Shown: piece by piece, positions 26,632 through 40,270 of the stretch | Numbering within the stretch: position 1 is the first letter of the stretch | How the letters are laid out: each line of letters begins with the position of its first letter | Origin: Eledone cirrhosa | Taxonomy: Eukaryota | Length of the DNA stretch: 64,000 nucleotides | Assembly (NCBI GenBank): GCA_964016885.1 | Contig: OZ024763.1 | Coordinates: 3,286,001 to 3,350,000, forward strand | Direction: 5' to 3' | Notes under the pieces: model-generated | Told to the model about the DNA's origin: nothing | Database searches by the model: none | What the model saw: only the letters and a program-made list of their open reading frames with translations | Made by a program: the position numbers and the translations under genes

Positions 26632-26670
26632 TGTGCAATGGCCATACTCGATAACGAGGGGGCAGCCATC
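22708..26670 (+). mobile_element. Apparently full-length RTE-clade LINE in intron 2 of chitin-binding gene A (antisense to it)
   Basis: Bounded by an identical 69-bp direct repeat (22639-22707 = 26671-26739). RTE-type 3' end TGGCCATACTCGATAACGAGGGGGCAGCCATC. Confidence 0.9.
22871..26416 (+). CDS. RTE ORF: APE endonuclease + reverse transcriptase + three C2H2 zinc fingers (1181 aa)
   Basis: APE motifs WNVRTL, ALSETR, VYAPT, LGDFNA, LDYVL and TDHRL; RT motifs NYRGISLLS, QSGFR, FVDLTKAFD, GVKQG and YADD. Uninterrupted ORF. Confidence 0.95.
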   Translation: MMFQNNVNEIIANLGSGTKKIIGNKGRGPKLSQPGPARHRAIVIEPNRAFSLGCWNVRTLLDRDSLERPERRTALVAKELRRYDLDIVALSETRLAGDGHLTEFCGEYTFFWKGRDEGTRREAGVGFAVKTVLVNKLEEFPVGISERLMSMRVPLDKGRYATLVSVYAPTMNSVDEEKLSFYHALKGVLRNIPQADKVIVLGDFNARVGRDFNTWNVIGRHGVGKCNSNGMLLLQMCEELDLCVTNTMFQQKNKFKTTWMHPASKEWHLLDYVLVRMRDRQDVRCVRVLRGAECWTDHRLVRAKVNLITKRKIRAPGVTLPKRLNAARLKDKNVKRTLEEEMQAADLGEDWPTLKKSVYDVGRRVLGLVQRKHQDWFNEKDVHIDDLLADKRRALSRYLTARPQERNTLHEELRDVKSRVRRSLSQMKDQWWSEKAGEIQTASDCNNTKLLYSLLREVYGPSSSLVTPIRSKDGKELLRDSQGILRRWREHFDDLLNQPSVVSVDFLNLIPESPVKVALAEPPTLVEVAVAISKLNSGRSPGMDGIHAELLQYGGERLLQHLHSLFGGIWANESVPEDWRDAVMVVLYKGKGNRNDCGNYRGISLLSVVGKVLCRVLLDRLLTHIADCVLPESQSGFRVGRGTTDMIFSARQLQEKCIEQGLDLYQVFVDLTKAFDTVNRDALWKVLQKLGCPDKFLALVRSFHDDMKAWVNVGGNMSEPISVKNGVKQGDIPAPTLFAIYFAMVFCIAFRNCEHGVYIRYRTSGSIFNIRRFAAKTKVFTSVIRDLLYADDCDLVAHTESDMQHILNVFSDACTALGLTVSLKKTVVMYQPAPGRQYTEPNIYVYGRRLGVVDQFVYLGSTVNRYGNLDGEISLRIRKASDAFGKLERRLWGRRDICRRTKVKVYRACVLSCLLYACETWVTYRRHLKQLERFHQMCLRRIHGVRWRDHISDVEILESSMCDSIEALVLKQRLRWSGHLARMKDSRIPKQLFYGELVKGKRPPHKPKKRYKDSLKASLRDANISADTWENIAADRNKWRKTVYEGKVAFEASRIAHEKVKRDVRKGIAVALPDGEGPPMFLTCSVCARLCLSKAGLESHLRSHKVRPVVDYQAAVGDATHHACQTCGRECKSAGGLKRHAKVHELQPQPTIPSKCFGCRLCARHFGSLAGLKSHIRSQHC

Positions 26671-26753
26671 ATGTATGTATGTATGTTTGTATGTATGTAT
26701 GTATGTATGTATGTTTGTATGTATGTATATATATAAGTATGTATGTATATATG

Positions 26754-26784
<31 letters not shown>

Positions 26785-26993
26785 ATGTATGTATATATAT
26801 AATAGTAATAGTTTTTTCTACTTTTGGTACAAGGCCAGTAATTACCTAGTGCATTACTGGTATATATATAATAGTAATAATAATAAATGTGAAGACTAAA
26901 ATAAATACATATATATAAATGCACATATATACATACACACATACACATATATATATATATACACACACATATATATATGCATATATATATATG

Positions 26994-27081
<88 letters not shown>

Positions 27082-27101
27082 TATATGCATATATATATAT
27101 G

Positions 27102-27180
<79 letters not shown>

Positions 27181-27234
27181 TCATCATCATCATCATCATT
27201 TTACGTCCGCTTTTCCCTGCTTGCAAGGGTGGGA

Positions 27235-27272
<38 letters not shown>

Positions 27273-27336
27273 GCATACATATAAATGCACATATATACAT
27301 ATACACACACATATATATATATACATATATATAACT

Positions 27337-27431
<95 letters not shown>

Positions 27432-27596
27432 TACACACAAACAGACTGTAGTTTGGTATATTCAGTAGATTAAGATATATATTTCCAATTCCCAGGATAT
27501 AAGAAGATCAAAGATATATCGCAGCAGCTGAGAAGATGTTGGAGTATTGGATTAAAATCTTGTTTAACGTTCAGTTGAGGATTCTACACACTAGTA

Positions 27597-27683
<87 letters not shown>

Positions 27684-27705
27684 CTGAATATATATATATA
27701 TATAC

Positions 27706-27800
<95 letters not shown>

Positions 27801-27849
27801 TATATATATATATATTGTTGTCATTGTAGTAATATACTTTGCTACTCAC

Positions 27850-27994
27850 TCTTTACACTTCATGTCTCTTTTATCAAGAACACTGGTTCCATTGCAATAT
27901 CTTTGGAACTTCTTCCCATGTCTACATTCTACAAAACTCTTGCAGCTTATCTCATAGAAACCATCCTTTTCCTTATTGCAGTCAACACCAGTTC
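27850..27994 (-). CDS. Chitin-binding protein A, exon 2 (ChtBD2 domain 1)
   Basis: TTTATCAG| [47 protein letters not shown](D) |GTGAGT; 145 nt, phase 1-2. Confidence 0.85.
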
Positions 27995-28229
27995 CTGATA
28001 AACAATGGAAGAAGATAGTGTTTATTTATTGTTGATTTACAGAAAAATAATTGGTTAAATTTACAGAAAAATAAAACAAAGCAACGTTAGAAAGGACTGT
28101 AAATGCTGTCCTTTTCTTTCTTGCACTCAACACCAGGGACGGATTATTGCAGTTTAGTATCAATAAGGTTAAAATATTAAGAATTAGTTATGTGATATAT
28201 AAGTTGTTAAGGTACAAAAGTTCACATGA

Positions 28230-28865
28230 AAATTGTATAGAATGTCACACTAAACGGTAAAAAATTTCACACACAAAAGCTGTATAAAATTTCACATAGA
28301 AATTGTATAAAGTTTCATGCTAAACTGTATAAAATTTCACACAAAACCGTATAAAATTTCACACTAAACTATAAAATTCAGTATAAGATTTCACACAAAA
28401 CTGTCCAAATTTTCACATGAAAAACTGTATAAGATTTCACACAAAACTGTCCAAAATTTCACATGAAAAACTGTATAAGATTTCAGACAAAACTGTATAA
28501 AATTTCACACAAAAATCCGTATAAAATTTCACACGAAACTGTATAAGATTTCACACAAAAAACTGTATAAAATTTCACACGAAACTGTATAAGATTTCAC
28601 ACAAAAAACTGTATAAAATTTCACACGAAACTGTATTAGATTTCACACGAAACTGTATAAGATTTCACACAAAACTGTATAAGATTTCACACAAAAAACT
28701 ATAAAATTTCACACGAAACTGTATAAGATTTCACACAAAACTGTATAAGATTTCACACAAAACTATAAAATTTCACAAAAAACTGTATAAAATTTCACAC
28801 TAAACTGTATAAAATTTCACAAAAAACTATAAAATTTCACACTAAACTGTATAAAACTTCACATA
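28230..28865. repeat. About 21-bp minisatellite
   Basis: aaactgtataagatttcacac variants. Confidence 0.9.
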
Positions 28866-29254
28866 AATCCCCTGAGAAATTAATGAATTTTTATTCCCAA
28901 CAAAATACAAAGACAAACAGACGATAGAAGGGGAACAATAATGTGGATTAATGTATGGAATTTTAAAATAGTAAAAGAGTAATCTATCAAGTGTTAATAG
29001 TGAAACAATTTAAAATCAGACAGAAATGATTTTATCACTGTAACAGAATTACAATAATGGTTTTATAGGTAGTTTAATAGATGCCAAGAATACGCCATTG
29101 TAAAGATTATTTTCATTGGAAAAGAAAGATGGGATCTGGAAGGTAGTAAAGTGTTAATGGAAGGTAGAAAACATTGTTGAACACTGACATTATATAAAAG
29201 GTAGTAAATAAGGAATATGAGAAACCTTTAACAAGAAAAAATGTTTGTAATGAA

Positions 29255-29335
<81 letters not shown>

Positions 29336-29430
29336 GATGTTTGTAATGTAACATATATATTATACATATATATATATCATATATATATAATACAAAGTCA
29401 CATTAACATGCACACAGTCACAAGGACATA

Positions 29431-29470
<40 letters not shown>

Positions 29471-30094
29471 CTTGTATATAATATAGACACACACAAATAC
29501 ATATATATATATATATATACATGAATTTATATATATACATGAATATATATATACATGAATATATATATATATATATATATAATAATAATGATTGTACTAT
29601 TTATAGTTATGCATATACTATAAACAACTATAAACAGGAAGGGTCAGTAATTTATTACTACCTTATTACCAGTAAGAGAAATAGCTCAATGTAAGAACAT
29701 CTGGTGTTTTACAAAGCAGGAATATAAATTACACAAATATCAAAGTTATGTTCAAATCATTTAATCGCTGACAATCGTTTCTTCCAAACTTTCGTTTGGG
29801 GTCATCGAAAGTTTTGAAGAAACGATTGTCAGCGGTTAAATGATTTGAACATAACTTTGATAATTATGTAACTTATATATATATATATATATATATATAA
29901 CGAAGGAAATGTGGTAAGGAACCAGGTGGACCATAACGCACCAAAGTACTCAATACTTAGGGTAGTGGAGTGGGTAATAGGAACGAGTAGGACCCCGACG
30001 GCTGAGCTCAAGCCGTTTCGACGGCTAATTCTGGACTTAGTCCAGAATTAGCCGTCGAAACGGCTTGAGCTCAGCCGTCGGGGTCCTACTCATT

Positions 30095-30155
<61 letters not shown>

Positions 30156-30187
30156 CACTGACACAGACACACAAAGACAGAGAAAGA

Positions 30188-30244
<57 letters not shown>

Positions 30245-30286
30245 TACACTGACACAGACACACAAAGACAGAGAAAGAAACACATA

Positions 30287-30352
<66 letters not shown>

Positions 30353-30368
30353 ACATAATTATATATAC

Positions 30369-31033
30369 ATCATCATCATCATCATCATCACCGTTTTACG
30401 TCCGTTCTTCCACGCTAGCATGGGTTAGACGGGTTGTCCTGTTGTGGGCAGTGTCTGGTCGGCTGACCATGCCTTGCTCATACAGGAACTGATCTGGCTT
30501 GATTTCTACAGCTGGATGCCCTTCCTAACACCAACCTCATTTACAGTGAGTGCTGGGTGCTTTTTCGTGGCGCCTACACGTCCACTTTACAGTGTGGGCT
30601 GGGTGCTTTTTTGCCGTGGCACCTCCACGACCACCTTGCGGTGGGGGGGGGGGGGGGCATATTGTTTATATGCTTCAGCATGTACCCATGGGAGGTCGGG
30701 TACCCTGTATTACTGCGTGACGCCAGAAGTCACGGTCGTGTGTCATTGACTTTGAGAGGTGTAGTTGGGTAAGGTCGGCTTTTATCACCTCATCCCAAGT
30801 CATCTTGGGTCTCCCCACTCCGCGGTTTCCATCAACTTCTAGTGCTCTGCACCTTTTTATGCAGCTGTCATCCTTCATACGCATCACATGTCCATACCAG
30901 CGTAACCGCCTCTCCTGCACGCAGCATTTGATTCCTCTTATGCTCAGTCTCTCTCTCAATTCATTTATGCTTTGTCGTTCACGTATATTACTGTTACACA
31001 TCCATCGGAGCATGCAGGCTTCGTTTCTCTCTA
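30369..31033 (-). mobile_element. RTE (BovB-like) LINE 3' fragment with (GAT)n tail; related 3' pieces near 15291-15800, 33585-33820, 19210-19325, 27178-27237
   Basis: LERNEACMLRWMC...ERRLRWYGHVMRM...GRPKMTWDEVIKADL...DRDFWR; tail ACCCATGCTAGCGTGGAA...GGACGT-GATGAT. Confidence 0.8.
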
Positions 31034-31075
<42 letters not shown>

Positions 31076-31130
31076 ATATGCACACACACATATAAATATA
31101 TATATATATATATAAATCTAAAGTACATAC

Positions 31131-31209
31131 GTGTTTTGGCAGCGCCAATTTGTTGTAAGATGATTAAACTGGCAAAGATTACACCAAGAATGGATATCAG
31201 GAAATTCAT
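31131..31209 (-). CDS. Chitin-binding protein A, exon 1 (signal peptide)
   Basis: MNFLISILGVIFASLIILQQIGAAKT + C|GTATGT; 79 nt, phase 1. Confidence 0.75.
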
Positions 31210-31416
31210 TCTCGTCTCGTAAATAACGTTTGTCAGAAGAATGCTTATATTTATATCTATCTACATATATATACATACTGTGTATATATATATATATTTA
31301 TTTAAAGATATATATATATATATATATATAAATATAAAGAGAGGGGGAGATATCTCTTTATCTCTCTATACATATATATATATAGAGAGAGGGGGAGAGA
31401 AATGTCTATATGGCTC

Positions 31417-31502
<86 letters not shown>

Positions 31503-31553
31503 TATTGTGTATGTATATATATATATATATATATATAAGAGAGCAGGATCTCT

Positions 31554-31664
<111 letters not shown>

Positions 31665-32658
31665 TAAGTATAGATATATCTCTCTCTCCTCCTCCTCTGT
31701 ATATATGTGTGTGTGTGTACATATACATATACACATGCATACGTGCTCAAATGCATGTATAGATGCGTAGACACACACACACACATACACACATACACAC
31801 TCATACATACATAGGTAGATACAAGCTGATATCAAGGAACGTACGCCCACACACACACATACATACATATATACCACACATAGATACACACTTACACACA
31901 TAAACACACATACATACACATACATATATATACATATACAGTGGTGAACTGGGTCTAAAAATATTGGTTGCTAGGAGATGAAGGGGCCCACCTACATATA
32001 GAATGCTATGATTTAATTTTTATGATGAATAAATAACATTTTCGAAAAATGCATGAGTGGAAACAAAACAATGCAATCAAATTTCTGCGGGAAAATATAT
32101 TACCTTCTCCAATAAAAAATATGTATTTTCCGAAATCCAGGGACTTTCAATAATGACCAGAAGTCGACATTAAATATTACTAATAGCTCTAGGAAAGCCA
32201 TGAACGACAGCACATCTTTTTAACTTTAATTTTGAAAGTAGGTTTATAATTATCAATTTTCATTATACTTTTATAGCTGTCTCGGTGGCCTAGTTGGAGG
32301 AATTCATATTTATAAACCTACTTTCAAAATTTTCAAAAAAAATTGTTGTGGTGTCGTTCATGCCTTTCTTAATGTTATTGCTCCTACTTAAGGTCGACTT
32401 CTAAATCATTTGGGTATTCCATAAACTACATCCTCGTTCTGTTTCACATCTATCTAGACTATATTTTAACCTGTTATCCATGTTTCATTTCTGCTGCACC
32501 TCATTTCTCCCCCTCCCTCTCTCTTTTTTCCTTTCTCTCTGTGATATTTGATTCTACTATGATTTGGGCTTACCTTATTCCTATATAGATGTTTTTGCAT
32601 GTTAGTTAGATTCAAATTACAATGATTGGCATTATATCTATATATACATATATTTATA

Positions 32659-32792
32659 CAGTGGCGGACTAGTTCTAAAAATATTCGTTGTGAGATGAAG
32701 GGCGCCCACCTACATATAGAAAGCTAATGTGGGCTCTTGCAATGCTACCGTGGGCCCCCTGGGTCTCACTTGCCATCGGCCAGCCCACCACT
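32659..32792. mobile_element. Short MITE with CAGTGGCGG-type TIRs (hAT-like); left ends also near 31939, 35998, 37104
   Basis: cagtggcggactag...ccagcccaccactg imperfect inverted termini. Confidence 0.55.
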
Positions 32793-33347
32793 GTATAAAA
32801 CACCACAGTGTACATATAGTTGCACCCATGGAAAATATTTTGACATCTTGACACTGTTGTAGTCATTTGAAACAATTTCATTGTTATTCTGAGTTGAAGG
32901 GTCGAGTCCCGACACACCAATACCCCCCTCCCCCCCCGCACCACACCGCCACAACATCATTTATTCCTCGAAACTTTGAAAGCCATGAAAAACTGAAAAC
33001 CTGGTGACCGATTTTTATTTTAACATGTCATCAACCGTGATTAGATCACGAGGAGGTCCTTTGGTACTTTGATGTTATCAGTTTTATAACTAAACTGTTG
33101 CCACACAATCGACATTGAATTCCTTCCAGATGTTTGTTGTTCCCAAACCTTTCATCATCTGAGATATGTTACATAATGAAAGCTATAACCATTTTGACAA
33201 GAGAAGAGATCTCTCACCCACTCCAAAGTGGGTGAGAAATCTCACCGTCGGACGGGAAGAGTTTATATATATATATATATATATATAGAAGGAGCTTCTA
33301 CGGGACTAGTACTGTTTCATTCAGATGAAATCTTCAGAAATCTTCAA

Positions 33348-33400
33348 GAGCTTCCTGAAGATTTCATCTGAATGAAACAGTACTAGTCCTGTAGAAGCTC
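33348..33400 (+). ncRNA. Type I hammerhead ribozyme (complete monomeric fold)
   Basis: GAGCTTC-CTGAAGA-tttcatctgaat-GAAA-CAGtactagtcCTG-TA^GAAGCTC: 7-bp stem I, TTC/GAA stem II, ACAG/CTGT stem III, GUA cleavage site. Confidence 0.8.
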
Positions 33401-33485
33401 CTTCTATAAAATAAAAAATGTTTACTCTGCCATGTATTAAGTACCTTACTTACTGTGGTTATCCCCGACTCAACCCGGGACCTAC

Positions 33486-33562
<77 letters not shown>

Positions 33563-34420
33563 TGGAAAAAGAAAAGGGAGGAAAAAAAACACAGTCCACG
33601 CTGTAAATGTGGCGGTGTAGGTAACACGGTAAAAAACACACAGTCCACACTGTAAATGTGGCTGGTGTTAGGAAGGGCATCCAGCCGTAGAAAGCCTGCC
33701 AGATAGTCCTATATGAGTGAGACACGGTCACCCAACCAATCTTGCTTCAATTGGGACAATTCCCGTCTAACCCATGCTAGCGTGGAAGATAGACGTTAAA
33801 CGACGATGATGATGATGATGATATATATGTATGTAAAAGGTAAACAGAAATAAGAGCACAATCGGTACAGTATATGGAAGGGATATATTAGGTTAACGCT
33901 TGAAATAGCAGGAAGAGGGTCTTAACGTTTCGGACACTAGTCTTTCATCAGAAGAAAGAATGAGAAATAAGATACATTGAAGGGACGGGCGTGTTGGAAT
34001 TGGAAAAAAATGTCTTTAGCGGCTCCTATTGTAAGGTGATGGATGCTGGAATGAGGTGGTGGTGTGTTGTGGACTCTCTCCCCAAATTGGTAGCCTTGTG
34101 CCTAAATCAAAACCAGTCTTTTATTCCTTTCCCCATTTGATATAATTACAAAACCTTTAAAGTCATGAAAAACTGAAAAACTGGTGACCTATTTCTATTT
34201 TAATTTCACCAACTATGATTAGATGACGAGCAGGTCCTTTGGTACTTTGATGATATCAGTTTTATAACTAAACTGTTGCCACACAATCGACATTGAATTC
34301 CAGATGTTTGTCTTCCCAAACCTTCCATCATCTGAGATATTGACTGCTACAATCGGACGACATCTTTGATAACAACCACAGCTTTGATTGGTTTCAGACT
34401 AACAAATTGTTATCAATATT

Positions 34421-34460
<40 letters not shown>

Positions 34461-34465
34461 GAGAA

Positions 34466-34572
<107 letters not shown>

Positions 34573-34995
34573 CTAACTTGTTGAGAAAAACAGAGAAAGA
34601 TATACGTTGATTCTCATGATGACGACACGAGGAATAGGAAGTAGGGGAGGAGGAAGAGGAGGAAGAGGAGGAGGAGGAGGAGGAGGAGGAGGAGGAGGAG
34701 GAGGAAAAAGCAATAATAATTGTTTCTACTTTTTGGCACAAGGCCAGCAATTACCCCAGTGCGTTACTGGTACTTTATTTTATCGGCCACGTAAGGATGA
34801 AGGGCAAAGTGAACCTCGGCGGGATTTGAACTCAGACCATAAAGGGCCGTAACACTATGATGTAAAGCATGGTGTCCGACCCTCTGGCGATACTGCCAAT
34901 CCACAATAATGATGATAATACTAATACTAATAATAATAAGAAGAAGAAAAAGAAGTCAGAAGAAGAAGAAAAAGAAGACTACACTATATATCCCT

Positions 34996-35057
<62 letters not shown>

Positions 35058-35169
35058 ATATATAGGAACGAGTAGGACCCCGACGGCTGAGATCAAGCCG
35101 TCTCGACGGCTAATTCTGGACTAATTTGGTGCGTTATGGTCCACTTGGTTCCTTACCACATTTCCTTCG

Positions 35170-35221
<52 letters not shown>

Positions 35222-35229
35222 AATTCATA

Positions 35230-35309
<80 letters not shown>

Positions 35310-37049
35310 TTACAGTAATCAAAGTTCAGTTTAAGTCATTTATTTGCTTACAATTGTTTCCTCCAAACCGAGGTTTGGATTCTTCGGAGCAGCTATTTAT
35401 AACATACTTGACCTCCTTTTCGACCCAAGAGACACATAAAACATATGCGCATATTGATCAACAGTGGGGTGACATTCATCAAATGAAATAGCATGGCAAT
35501 TTACATATAAAGTGTTACATGATAAAAATAAAATAAAAACAAGAGTGAAAATAAAGATAAACATGAAGCGTTGGCAGTCTATGAAGATAAAGCAAGAGGA
35601 AAGCTTAGAGTAGTCAGTGTATGAAGCAATCTCCCGTGTAGCATGCACGCTTGTCTTATCTATACATGATTAGAGTGCGTCAGAATGATATTTGCAGGGT
35701 CAGGCAGTTGAAGCAGGCAATCGATCTTATTATATAGGCTGAATTATTAAGTCATTTATTCTCATACATCTGTATGATATACAGTCTCGGATGCGGGGAA
35801 ACACCAAAATATCAAAAACCTTCAACATACTATAAACCTTATTGTATCGTAGGCAAGGTCGTACCACTGTCCTTGCTCACACCACCACTCACATAATCCA
35901 TGAGACGCAATATATATATAGAGAACACGCGTCTATCGTATAATTCGCAGTATATATATATATATATATATATATACTATATATATATATATATATACGT
36001 GGCGGACTGGGTCTAAAAATACTGGTTGCCAGGAGATGAAGGGGGCCCATCTACATATAGAATGCTATAATTTAATTTTCATAATGAATAAATAACAATT
36101 TCGAAAAATACATAAGTGGAAACAAAACAGTGCAATAAAAATTTTGCAGAAAAATATCTTACCTTCTCCAATAAAAAATATTATGTATTTTGTGAAACCC
36201 AGAGACTTTCAATAATGACAAGAAGTCGACCCTAAATATTACTAACAGCTCTAGGAAAGCCACGAACAACGACACCACATCTTTTAAACTTTGATTTCGA
36301 AAGTAGGTTTATAATTATCAATTTTCATTATAGTTTTGTAGCTGTCTCGGTGGCCTAGTTGGAGGAATCATAGACATTGGTGATCCTGGTCTGAAGTTCA
36401 ATCCTGGTTAGGAGTAGGATTCCCGGTAAACGTTTTCAGTTTTTTTTCTACTGGTTGTAAAATAAAAACTGAAAAAAGTTTACCTCTTGATCAGGGTTGA
36501 ATACCTACCGCTAGGCCACAGAGACAACTACGAAAATCTTATGAAAATTCATACTTATAAACCTATTTTCAAAACAAAATGATGTGGTGCCGCTAATGTC
36601 TTTCTTAATGTTATTGCTCCTACTTAAACTCGACTTCTAAATCATTTAGGTGTTCCATAAACTACATCCTCATTTTGTTTCTCATCTATCTAGACTATAT
36701 TTTAATCTGTAATCTATGTTTCATTTCTGCTTCACCTCATTTCTCCCCCTCACCCCCTCTCTCTCTCATTGATATTTGAATCTACTATGATTTGGACTTA
36801 CCTTATTCCTATATATATGTTTTTGCATGTCAGATTCAAACTTACAATGATTGGCATTATATATATATATAAATATATATATAATATATATATGTTGATT
36901 TAAAACTGAACTATCCACAAGTGTTTTTTAACCTTCATATCATGTCTTCCTGTTTTATCTGATGAAAACACAAATATTATTGCATGATGATATTTGTTTT
37001 TGAAATGCGTATAATAAAGTACATGGAACTCTTTTAACCATCTTTTGTT

Positions 37050-37106
<57 letters not shown>

Positions 37107-37525
37107 TGGCGGACTAGTTCTAAAAATATTGGTTGCCAGATGAAGGCGACCCTCCTACATATAGAATGCTATCATTTAATTTTTATAATGAATAAATACC
37201 ATTTTTTCAAAAATACGTAAGTGGAAACAAAACAGTGCAATCAAATTTGAAATGAAGTGTTTTACTCAACAACACATCACAACACACAACCCAGCCCAGG
37301 AATCGAACCCACAGCATTATGATACACAGGTGGCAAATTGGCAGAGTCGTCAGAACGTCTGATAGAATACTTTATGGTATTCGTTCCAGCTCTCCGAGTT
37401 CAAATCCCGCCGAGGTCAACTTTGCCTTTCATCCTTTCGAGGTCGATAAAAAAGTACCAGTCTTCTACTGGGGTTGATTCTTCCTCTATATCTCTTTCTC
37501 ATTTCCTCTCTCTCACTTTGTCTCT

Positions 37526-37591
<66 letters not shown>

Positions 37592-37663
37592 TACCAGTCT
37601 ACTACTGGGGTTGATTCTTCCTCTATATCTCTTTCTCATTTCCTCCTCTCTCACTTTGTCTCT

Positions 37664-37735
<72 letters not shown>

Positions 37736-37806
37736 TACCAGTCTACTACTGGGGTTGATTCTTCCTCTATATCTCTTTCTTATTTCCTCTCTCTCACTTT
37801 GTCTCT

Positions 37807-37842
<36 letters not shown>

Positions 37843-37917
37843 CTAGTACCAGTCTACTACTGGGGTTGATTCTTCCTCTATATCTCTTTCTTATTTCCTC
37901 TCTCTCACTTTGTCTCT

Positions 37918-38005
<88 letters not shown>

Positions 38006-38380
38006 TACCAGTCTACTACTGGGGTTGATTCTTCCTCTATATCTCTTTCTCATTTCCTCTCTCTCACTTTCTATCTTTCTCTGGAAGAAATCTGCTGTAC
38101 TCAGGTCTGAAGAGGGAAGGGCTCCACCAGGTCACCAGGTTTACAATGCCCAAGAAACGTTGAATGCCAATACGGCACCCCTACGACTCTATCAGGAGTT
38201 ACGGCACCATATATATATATAAATATATATATAAATATATATTATGCTAGGGAAAGGATCAGGGGTGTATAACACTCCACTTATCCAGCAGGCAGTATGA
38301 GGTTAGCTCAATGTAAGGACAGAGCCGTAATATAATAAATAAATAACAAAGAACGCTTATAGCATATGCATATCTTTACT

Positions 38381-38426
38381 TGCTAACATTGTTTCATCCG
38401 CACTATAAGTGGGACTCATCAGAGCA
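38381..38426 (-). ncRNA. Hammerhead ribozyme
   Basis: Minus strand: TGCT-CTGATGA-GTCCCACTTATAGTGCGGAT-GAAAC-AAT-GTT^AGCA. Confidence 0.7.
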
Positions 38427-39087
38427 TAAAGGTTAATTACATACCATACAAGCAATAACAAATCCAAGACATTGAAGAATGAAAGGTAATAATAGACGAT
38501 AGAGGATAAGAATAAAAATAAAAATAAAAGTAAAAATAAAAATAAAAATAAAAATAAAAATAAAAATAAAAATAAGGGGTGCTATCAGTCACAGTTGGGC
38601 GGGGTGCTGTCAACATATAGTTACATACAAGCATACACATGGATAAGAGTACAGACAAGAGTAGATATGCATATGCTATAAGCGTTCTTTGTTATTTATT
38701 TATTATATATAAATATATATGTAGATAAATCTACCAAGAGTTTACGGTAGTGTCCAATCCGTATGAAGAACTCAATGTAATCCGGATATCATGAAAAGAA
38801 GAGATTCATTCAAAAATCACTTTCGGTGAAAGATAAACGGAATACAGAGTCAAGATAAATTATTAAAAAAATAATGAATAAACAAAGAAACAGTTCCTTA
38901 TATTAAACAAAAAAAGTTCATTATTTTACGATCGTTTCTAGGACATATATGTGTTAGAATTGGTATGCATATTCAAAAGATCTATGTACAAAATTATACA
39001 AACTATCAAAGAGAATATACATACCTTCACATATATATGCTGTCTTCAGAAATAATATATATAATATATATATAATATAATAATAAT

Positions 39088-39138
<51 letters not shown>

Positions 39139-39179
39139 CAAAACATAAGTCAATTGCTTGAACTCATAATCCTTTATTT

Positions 39180-39235
39180 ACTGCTATATATATTTCGATG
39201 ATAGCCATTGAATGGCTATGATCTCATCAGGCAGT
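39180..39235 (-). ncRNA. Hammerhead ribozyme
   Basis: Minus strand: ACTGC-CTGATGA-GATCATAGCCATTCAATGGCTATCATC-GAAA-TATATA-TA^GCAGT. Confidence 0.75.
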
Positions 39236-39298
39236 TAGTCAGTTCTTAGATATGCCAGCTCTGTGTGTATAGTGTTGATGGTATCAGAGCCTTGGGAC

Positions 39299-39341
<43 letters not shown>

Positions 39342-39710
39342 ATATGATACACACACACTGTCTAAAGTTGTGCATCAAGAAATAATGAATAGATTCGACT
39401 GGATTGCATGGATGACTGGATACATCATTGCTGGTTCATTGGTTTTATTTGTTGGAAATAAAAATCAGTGAAGCGGCACCAAAATATGTTGTACGTTTAA
39501 TAAAGTTGACATTTGCAAAGAAATTTATAGTTTATCTGAAATAAACCGAGTCAAATAATTAATTGAGATGATAGGACATGAAGTTGTTAGGTCACTGCAT
39601 ATATGGAGACATCTTACATCTTGGATTAGATGGAGGGCTGGTAGAGTCTTGGATACATTTCTTACGTTAATACATCTGTCTGTCTGTATGTCTCTCTCTC
39701 GCTCTCTCTC

Positions 39711-39923
<213 letters not shown>

Positions 39924-39947
39924 CTATATATATATATATATATATAT

Positions 39948-40029
<82 letters not shown>

Positions 40030-40226
40030 GTAAAACACTGGAAGGTAATATTCGTAGTGGTAGAGCACTCAGTCCATGGGACGAGTTAGGTAGAAGTGGT
40101 TACACAACAGTTAGTTCACCATACCGAGAAAAATTGCTGAGGATCCGCTAAGGTCAAACAATTGTTCTCGGTATGGTGAACTAACTGTTGTGTAACCACT
40201 TCTATATATATAAATATAATTTCAAA

Positions 40227-40270
<44 letters not shown>

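Noticed and set aside
26427-27849. Many [12 protein letters not shown] ORFs here and across the window
   Set aside because: They are translations of dinucleotide microsatellites.
35408-35564. Signal-peptide-like exon MFIFIFTLVFILFLSC... with a GTATGT donor
   Set aside because: It directly abuts a degenerate hammerhead (35346-35390, minus) and looks like T-rich PLE pseudo-LTR sequence. I found no convincing downstream exon.
39525-39535. Alternative terminal exon (DKL*) for gene B
   Set aside because: A much better terminal exon completing the CBM14 domain exists at 44677-44747.
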